The notes under the pieces were generated by a model. It worked only from the letters and a program-made list of their open reading frames with translations. It made no database searches and was not told the origin of the DNA. Shown in pieces: positions 57,596-64,000 of a stretch of DNA of 64,000 bases (position 1 is its first letter; each line of letters starts with the position of its first letter). The DNA is from an uncultured cyanobacterium (GTDB lineage Bacteria; Cyanobacteriota; Cyanobacteriia; PCC-9006; JAAUQQ01), in NCBI GenBank assembly GCA_963718615.1, contig OY970368.1, positions 2,336,001-2,400,000 of the forward strand. The letters run 5' to 3'. Made by a program: the position numbers and the translations under genes.

Positions 57596-60259
57596 ATGTA
57601 TAACGGCAAGCGCGATCCCATGGATTTTTTCATCCTCAAACGTCCTCGGCTCTCAGCCTGGATCCATCAAGACTGGATCCGTCAAGACAGGCTCAAGCAA
57701 GATAAGCTTCAGCGGTGGATGACGGTCGGTGGTGTGGTGTTGAGCTTCGGCACTATCACCCTTATCACAGCGACAGGGGCGATCGCCCAACCCATTACTG
57801 ATGGTTCCTTAGGCACTTCTGTCATTTCGATTCCTGCGGGAAGCACGGGTTGTCCATCGGGATGTTTTGAGGTGAAGGATGGAACCGCGAATGGCAATAA
57901 CCTGTTTCATAGCTTTAGTCAGTTTGACCTACCGAGTAATACCCGGCTCTTTTTTAACCATGATCCCAGTGTTCAGCGGATTATTAGCCGAGTGACGGGA
58001 GGCAGACAAAGTCTTGTTGACGGACTCGTTGAGACAAATCCAGGAGTTAGCTTATTTTTGATTAACCCCCAGGGGTTTGTATTGGGTCCCAATGCACAAA
58101 TTAATGTTGCGGATACGTTTGTGGCTGCCTCTGCGGATAGCATTCATCGGTCTAACAGTTCATTTTCAACGAGTTTAAGCGAACCGCTTCTGCTCTTTAA
58201 TGGACAGCCAGACTCTGTCTTGTTTGGGAATAATCCAGGCCCAATCCAAGTGCAAGGAAGCCTTTTTAGCCAACCACTTAACCCCAATCCAGGTTATCGT
58301 CTGGCCTTGCTAGGCAGTCCGGTTGAGATTTCGGATCGAACCCTTTTCATCCCTGAAGATCAACTAGTGTTGGGTGGATTTAAACAGGGAGGGCAGGCAT
58401 TTTTATCCGACTCCCTCTTTTCTTTCAGTTCCTCTCCACCGCAAGACGTTGCGGTTGTCACGCTGGATAATGCCAATCTTATAGCTCAGGATCCAGTGAT
58501 TAATGGCGAAGTTCAAATTCGTAGCAGTGCTTTAAGTTTGAGCCGTGGTTCTAGCATTGTTACAAGGGCCAATCAGCAAGAAAACAAAGATGGCAATATT
58601 CGACTGACTTTAGATGCCGGTACGTTAGATCTGTCGGGGTACAGCCAAATTAGTGCTGAAGCGATTTCGGGAGGGAGCGCAGGGAATATTTGGGTCACTG
58701 GGCCTGTACGTTCAATCAATTTACAACTCAGCTCTATTTCAACCATAACTGAAGGAGAAGGTGGAAATATTACACTGGAGGCTGAGGGGGGCGATATTAC
58801 CTTGGCTTTACTGAGCTCGATTACGAGTCGGGCGATCGCCCCATCTCCAAACCCCTCCCCAAACCCAATCGTAGCCAATATTAATCTCACGGGTGAAAAT
58901 CTGGCGATTTGGGGAGGCAGTAAAATTACAACGGTCAATCAAAGTAACCACAGCAGTGGCAACGTCGGTTATGTTAATCTCAATTTCAGCGATAAGGTTG
59001 AGATTTTAGGCTATAGTCAGATTTCGACTTCCGTCCTCAAGGATGTAGAAAATGCAGCGGCTGGGGACATCACGATTGCAGGCAGCGATTTAGAATTAGG
59101 CCCTTTGATTTTCGGAAACGGCGAGATTAAAACGACGACCAATGTACCGGGAGGGGATATTCAGCTCAATTTTTCTCAAAAAATTAGGCTCCAGAATTCC
59201 AGTTTAATTTCAGCAACGGTTGCCGACGGAACCCTTGGCAATGCGTCGGGCAATATCAGCTTCAACACTCCCGAGCTGGAATTGCGCTCAGGCAGTAGCA
59301 TCGAAACCCAAAGCCCTGGAAGCGGCGGAAATCTTGCCCTGAATTTACCCAGCAACGGTAGGCTAAAACTCAAAAATAGCAGTATTCAAATCAGCACTGG
59401 TTCGCCTGAATTTCAGTTTTTATCCCTCACTCCCGATCAGCTCGCGGTACAAACAGCGGATGATGGAGACATTTCCCTCTGGGTTCCTGAGTCTGTTTCT
59501 GCTCAACTCTTTTCCGCAGTTAGCAATTCGGCCTTTGCTCCAATCTTTAAACTAGTGAGTCAGCCGGTTCAAGGCAATTTCCGCAGTGAAATCAGTCTGA
59601 GCATTATCCCCCCGGAGCAGCTCGCCCTACCCAATGTTGACATCCCCCCTCCAACCCCTTCTGCAACCACAACCCCGCCGCCCCCCTCTACCAGCCCTAT
59701 TTTGTTGCTGCCTTGGCTCAATCCGCTGTTCTCCAACAATGCCTATTTAGGAGGGGATTCTGTGCGATCGCCCACCTCCCGATCCTCAACCGCAACCTCC
59801 CATGGCATCGCTCAAATCGCCTCGGGTATCAGTCCTACAAACAACTCCAGCACGGAAAACTCGGCACTCCCCTCCGTGCAACTGACCTTGGCCAACCCTA
59901 GGCGATGGCAACCCTTGATCCTGCGTCAGTGCCAGTCCTCGCAACCGGTACAGGAGGCCGGAGCAGCAACCTTTCGGATGAGCGGACGAGGAGGCGTACC
60001 GCCGGGGCCGGGGGGATTATTGAGCAGCGGTGCGTCCCTGTCTTTGGAATCCTTAGCGTTAGCGGATCTGGGGCTCTCTTCCCAGGGATCTATTGCGATC
60101 GCAAATCCCAATTCAGCAGTCTTTCCCCAGATCGTTCAATCCTCCTCTGGGCTGGAAGCCCAATCCTGGCGGGTCAATCGACGGGGAGAGGTACAGCTTT
60201 TGGGCGATCGCGCCCCCCGTTCAGACGTTTGGAACAGCAATTGCAATCCTGCTTCCTAA
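57596..60259 (+). CDS. TpsA-type exoprotein with filamentous haemagglutinin N-terminal domain
   Basis: Signal peptide (AIA-Q); NLFHSFSQF, IISRVTGG, FLINPQG; beta-helical GxI repeats; C-terminal SGRGGVP and EAQSWRVN..GEVQL motifs. Start may be 57620. Confidence 0.9.
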   Translation: MYNGKRDPMDFFILKRPRLSAWIHQDWIRQDRLKQDKLQRWMTVGGVVLSFGTITLITATGAIAQPITDGSLGTSVISIPAGSTGCPSGCFEVKDGTANGNNLFHSFSQFDLPSNTRLFFNHDPSVQRIISRVTGGRQSLVDGLVETNPGVSLFLINPQGFVLGPNAQINVADTFVAASADSIHRSNSSFSTSLSEPLLLFNGQPDSVLFGNNPGPIQVQGSLFSQPLNPNPGYRLALLGSPVEISDRTLFIPEDQLVLGGFKQGGQAFLSDSLFSFSSSPPQDVAVVTLDNANLIAQDPVINGEVQIRSSALSLSRGSSIVTRANQQENKDGNIRLTLDAGTLDLSGYSQISAEAISGGSAGNIWVTGPVRSINLQLSSISTITEGEGGNITLEAEGGDITLALLSSITSRAIAPSPNPSPNPIVANINLTGENLAIWGGSKITTVNQSNHSSGNVGYVNLNFSDKVEILGYSQISTSVLKDVENAAAGDITIAGSDLELGPLIFGNGEIKTTTNVPGGDIQLNFSQKIRLQNSSLISATVADGTLGNASGNISFNTPELELRSGSSIETQSPGSGGNLALNLPSNGRLKLKNSSIQISTGSPEFQFLSLTPDQLAVQTADDGDISLWVPESVSAQLFSAVSNSAFAPIFKLVSQPVQGNFRSEISLSIIPPEQLALPNVDIPPPTPSATTTPPPPSTSPILLLPWLNPLFSNNAYLGGDSVRSPTSRSSTATSHGIAQIASGISPTNNSSTENSALPSVQLTLANPRRWQPLILRQCQSSQPVQEAGAATFRMSGRGGVPPGPGGLLSSGASLSLESLALADLGLSSQGSIAIANPNSAVFPQIVQSSSGLEAQSWRVNRRGEVQLLGDRAPRSDVWNSNCNPAS

Positions 60260-60292
60260 ACTCACCGCAACTCACCGCAACTCACCGCAACT
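60259..60292. repeat. 10-bp tandem repeat AACTCACCGC x3
   Basis: Directly visible between tpsA and the CHAT gene. Confidence 0.85.
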
Positions 60293-60307
60293 TAGACCCT
60301 GCCGCTC

Positions 60308-63013
60308 ATGTCCTCACCGATTCGCCATCGCCGTCGTTACCTTGTGCTTGCTCTTGTGGCTTGGCTGGCCAGTTGGTTCGTCGCGGGTTGGGGCAGTTTT
60401 GTGAATGCAACTCCGATCCCGCCCTGGGCGGTGAGTCTCTCCCAGGCCGCAGACTCGGCTCAGACCCTGGAGCAGCGAGGACGGGTGCGATACCAAGCGG
60501 GAGATTTTGCGGCGGCGGCCCAAGCTTGGGGAGAGGCGGCTGAGGACTATGGCCGCTCCGGCGATCGCCCCGCCCAAACCCGAGTCCTGAGCAATTTGGC
60601 CCTAGCCTATCTGGCCCTGAACCAAGGATTGCAGGCAGAAACCGCTATCACCCAAGCGCTCCAAGGGGTTGATCCCCAAACTGAACCGGCCCTACAGGCC
60701 CAGGTTTGGAGTACTCAAGCACGGCTACTGCTGGCCCAAGGCAACGGAGAAACGGCCCTAGAGCGTTGGCAGGCGGCAGTGCAAGCCTATGGGCAAGCGG
60801 GTGATGATTCGGGGCAAATCAGGGCACAACTGGGGCAAGCCGAAGCGTTGGAACAGCTCGGGTTTTACGAGCGTGCCCGTCTCCAATTGGAAAGACTACT
60901 GGAAAGACAACTTCAGACCTCGCCCAACCTCTCGCCCAACCTTCAGGTTTGGGCAATGCTGCGGCTAGGGGCGCTCCATCGAGTCAGTGGCAGCTTGTCC
61001 CGCTCCGAACAGTTGTTTCAGCAAGCTTTGAGCCTCACTCAGCAATCTCAATTGCCAGATCTAGCACCTGTCATTCAACTGGAACTGGGGAAAACGGCCC
61101 AAGCCCAACAACAGTGGGAGAAGGCGATCGCCTCCTATGACCAAGCCCTAGACTTAATCACCCATGATTTAGCCCTGCAACTAGAGGGAGAACGTCTCAG
61201 GATCGAAGTCTTTCTGGCGCAACAAAACTGGGAGGCTGCCCAACAAGCTACGTCTCGCCTAACCGCTCTTTTGGAGTCATCTGTTTCCTTAGATCCGTTA
61301 GATCCGTCCGCCGCGATCGCTCAGTCTCTCCCCCTGAGGCAACAGTTAGACCTCGCCCAGACCTTACTGCATCTACAGAAGCAAGCAATCCGGCAGAAAG
61401 CAATCCAGCGGCAAACTCAGTTTGAAACGCTGCTCAAAATGCTGCTCGAAGCGGCCTTGGGTCAAGCGCGAAGTTTGGGCGATCGCCGCCACCAGAGTTA
61501 TGCCCTGGGGATGCTGGGTGAGCTGGCAGAACAGCAACAGCGCTGGGATCTCGCCCAAGCCCATAGTCAGACAGCGCTACAATTGGCTCAGCAACTTAAT
61601 GCGTCAGAACTCAGCTATCGCTGGGAGTGGCAGCTCGGACGGATTCTACAACACCGGGGACAGGCGGGAGATGCAGCCCTGGCGCTGCGCTTTTCCCGAG
61701 ATGCGGTGCAAACGCTCAATGGCATCCAGTCGGATATTCTCAAACTTAATCCCGATGTCCAGTTCTCCTTTGAGACGGATGTTGCCCCCGTTTATCAACA
61801 ATACGTGGATTTGCAACTGCGTGCGGTTCGAGCGATCGCTGACAAGATTGCCGATCCTGATCCTGGGCGCGATCGCCAAGCTGCTTTGCAGATCGTCCAG
61901 CAAACCCTAGATCAGCGTCGCTTTAGCGAATTTAGTACCTTTTTGGGCGAGCCCTGTAGCCTCAGCGCAATACCCTCTGGCCCAGTCTCAACGGGCCAAG
62001 CCCCTCAGCAACCTGATCCAAGGGCCGCTCTGATCACCCCGATTCCCCTGGCCGATCGCGTTGAAATTTTGCTGCAATTACCCGACGGTAAGCTCCAGCA
62101 ATTTACCACCCCAATCGCCGCTGATGAGTTCCACCGTTTGCTCCAAGACTTCCGCTATTACCTCGTCGTCCGCAGTCGCAAAAACTATTTGCCCCTGGCC
62201 CAACGCCTCTACGATCTGCTCATTCGCCCCTTGGAATCTCAGTTGGCAGACCATCAGATTGCAACCCTTGTGTTTTCCCTAGACAGCACGCTCAACACCA
62301 TCCCCATGGCGGCGCTTCATGATGGCCAGCGGTTTTTGTTAGAAACCTATGGAGTTGCGCTCACGCCTCGATTAGAGCGGATGCAGCCCAGCCCCTTGAG
62401 CGATCGCCAGTTCCAAACCCTAGCGGTGGGCCTTTCAGAAGCACGAGAAGGCTTTTCTCCCCTGGATTCGGTGACGCAGGAAATTGAGGCGATCGCCCAC
62501 CACACCCATCGAAGTACCGTGTTGTTGGATCAGCAATTTACTCAGGCGGCCCTGCGCGATCGCATGCACGAACAGTCCTTTCCCGTGGTGCATATCGCTA
62601 CCCATGGTCAGTTTAGCTCTAATCCAGACGATACGTTCCTGCTGGCCTGGGATCAAACTATCTCGGTTCAGGCCCTGGATGAGATGGTGCGATCGCGCAG
62701 TCTCAATACCTCAGCGCCCATTGAGCTCCTAGTGCTCAGCGCCTGCAAAACCGCTGTAGGCGATGACCGTGCTGCCCTGGGGATGGCAGGGGTAGCGATT
62801 CGGGCGGGGGCGCGCAGTACCCTGGCAACGCTGTGGTCGATTGACGACAGCGCAACGGCGCAACTGATGGATACGTTCTATGCGGCCCTGGGGCAGTCCG
62901 GCATTTCGCGGGCCGAAGCCCTGCGCCAAGCCCAGCTCAAGCTGTTGGCCAATCCGGCCTACCAACATCCGATTTTTTGGTCTCCCTATATCCTGCTGGG
63001 CAATTGGCTCTAG
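60308..63013 (+). CDS. Exported TPR-CHAT (caspase-like cysteine protease) protein
   Basis: Signal peptide; TPRs; IPMAALHDG, HIATHG (His), VLSACKTA (Cys), ATLWSIDD, HPIFWSPYILLGNWL. Confidence 0.93.
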   Translation: MSSPIRHRRRYLVLALVAWLASWFVAGWGSFVNATPIPPWAVSLSQAADSAQTLEQRGRVRYQAGDFAAAAQAWGEAAEDYGRSGDRPAQTRVLSNLALAYLALNQGLQAETAITQALQGVDPQTEPALQAQVWSTQARLLLAQGNGETALERWQAAVQAYGQAGDDSGQIRAQLGQAEALEQLGFYERARLQLERLLERQLQTSPNLSPNLQVWAMLRLGALHRVSGSLSRSEQLFQQALSLTQQSQLPDLAPVIQLELGKTAQAQQQWEKAIASYDQALDLITHDLALQLEGERLRIEVFLAQQNWEAAQQATSRLTALLESSVSLDPLDPSAAIAQSLPLRQQLDLAQTLLHLQKQAIRQKAIQRQTQFETLLKMLLEAALGQARSLGDRRHQSYALGMLGELAEQQQRWDLAQAHSQTALQLAQQLNASELSYRWEWQLGRILQHRGQAGDAALALRFSRDAVQTLNGIQSDILKLNPDVQFSFETDVAPVYQQYVDLQLRAVRAIADKIADPDPGRDRQAALQIVQQTLDQRRFSEFSTFLGEPCSLSAIPSGPVSTGQAPQQPDPRAALITPIPLADRVEILLQLPDGKLQQFTTPIAADEFHRLLQDFRYYLVVRSRKNYLPLAQRLYDLLIRPLESQLADHQIATLVFSLDSTLNTIPMAALHDGQRFLLETYGVALTPRLERMQPSPLSDRQFQTLAVGLSEAREGFSPLDSVTQEIEAIAHHTHRSTVLLDQQFTQAALRDRMHEQSFPVVHIATHGQFSSNPDDTFLLAWDQTISVQALDEMVRSRSLNTSAPIELLVLSACKTAVGDDRAALGMAGVAIRAGARSTLATLWSIDDSATAQLMDTFYAALGQSGISRAEALRQAQLKLLANPAYQHPIFWSPYILLGNWL

Positions 63014-63117
63014 CTAGAGGTTTTGCCCTGATTGGCGGACACAACTCCTAAAACCCAAGCTACGCATCAAAGCGTTATAACAGGAGAGGCGTTGTGGGCT
63101 ATGCCGAGGAGATTGCC

Positions 63118-64000
63118 ATGGAGATTGACCTAGAGAACGGCCTGGTTCTGCACAACCGCTATGAGATTCTGCATCTGCTGGGCCAGGGAGGAAACGGGAC
63201 GACCTATGCTGCGCGCGATCGCCAAACCCAGCAAACCGTGGCCCTCAAAGCCCTCTCCCTCCGTGGCCTCAAGGATTGGAAACAGCTCGACCTGTTTGAG
63301 CGAGAAGCTAAGGTCTTAAAAAATCTCAATCATCCCGGCATTCCTCGCTATGTCGATGGGTTTCAAATCCAAACCGACCAAGATCAAGTTTTCTATCTCG
63401 TTCAAGAACTGGCCGAAGGTCAATCTTTAGCGGTCTTAGTGGAGTCCGGCTGGCATGCAGACGAAGGGGAAGTGCAGCGAATCGCCTTGGAACTATTGGA
63501 AATTTTGGTGTATTTGCATAGTTTAAAGCCCCCCATTGTTCACCGCGATCTCAAACCCCAAAATGTGATTCGTCGTGGAGATGGTCGGATTTTTCTCGTC
63601 GATTTTGGTGCGGTTCAAGCGGTGTATCAAGACGCCTTGCGATCGAGCAGCACGGTTGTAGGCACCTATGGCTATATGGCTCCCGAACAGTTTCGCGGCG
63701 CTGCCAGTCCCGCCTCGGATCTCTACGCCTTAGGGGCAACGCTGCTGTTTTTGCTCACCCACCAATCTCCTGCTAAATTGCCCCAGGAGCGGCTAAAAAT
63801 TCAGTTTCGTCAAGTCGTCGATCTATCGGATGAATTTGCGGATTGGCTAGAGGGGATATTGGAGCCTGTGGACGAAGACCGAATGGGTTCAGCGAAGCTG
63901 GCGATCGCTTACTTACTCAACCCGTTACTCAATCCCTTGCCCAACTCCCAGTCCAGTCTCACCTCATCACCCCCACAGCGCTCCAACCTCCTTCAGCCGA
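63118..64000 (+). CDS. Hanks-type Ser/Thr protein kinase, runs off the window end (absent from the ORF track)
   Basis: Translated by hand: LGQGGNGTTY, VALK, LFEREAKVL, HRDLKPQN, DFG, GTYGYMAPEQ, SDLYALG. Alternative GTG start at 63094. Confidence 0.92.
   Translation, partial: MEIDLENGLVLHNRYEILHLLGQGGNGTTYAARDRQTQQTVALKALSLRGLKDWKQLDLFEREAKVLKNLNHPGIPRYVDGFQIQTDQDQVFYLVQELAEGQSLAVLVESGWHADEGEVQRIALELLEILVYLHSLKPPIVHRDLKPQNVIRRGDGRIFLVDFGAVQAVYQDALRSSSTVVGTYGYMAPEQFRGAASPASDLYALGATLLFLLTHQSPAKLPQERLKIQFRQVVDLSDEFADWLEGILEPVDEDRMGSAKLAIAYLLNPLLNPLPNSQSSLTSSPPQRSNLLQP

Larger units (their letters stand above)
1..64000. repeat. HIP1 palindrome GCGATCGC dispersed throughout
   Basis: Many occurrences in coding and non-coding DNA, frequently as GGCGATCGCC. 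Confidence 0.95.

Noticed and set aside
1-64000. Prophage, IS element, integron, tRNA or rRNA
   Set aside because: No integrase, transposase, phage structural gene or tRNA/rRNA signature was recognised by eye; small or degenerate elements could be missed.

Overview
A 64-kb stretch of a cyanobacterial chromosome (dense HIP1 GCGATCGC octamers, mostly as GGCGATCGCC; cyanobacteria-typical gene families). I saw no rRNA, tRNA, CRISPR array or transposase. Main blocks: (1) an 11-gene Wzx/Wzy polysaccharide locus (2966-17976, minus strand) with a complete PglF/PglE/PglD/PglC-like diacetylbacillosamine-type initiation pathway, a GT4-phosphoglycosyltransferase fusion and a secreted glycoside-hydrolase-like gene; (2) mixed housekeeping and signalling genes (DUF1611 + epimerase pair, PAS kinases, MgsA-like/DAGK fusion with a degenerate MgsA site, SF1B helicase, BlaI/M56); (3) a decayed phoX, a SulP gene with a leader terminator, an orphan single-module NRPS with a Cys-type thioesterase, a TftA-like amidase and an orphan circularly permuted ATP-grasp ligase; (4) the best candidate for an uncharacterised system, a cluster (52173-64000) of exported TPR protein, CHASE2-GGDEF-EAL receptor, DUF928, TpsA/haemagglutinin-domain exoprotein, exported TPR-CHAT caspase-like protease and Ser/Thr kinase, with a 6 x 15-bp tandem array in its divergent promoter. 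Several gene fossils (kinase, phoX, MocR/GNAT) and tandem micro-duplications anchored at stop codons are also visible. All family calls come from reading motifs by eye; no database searches were run.
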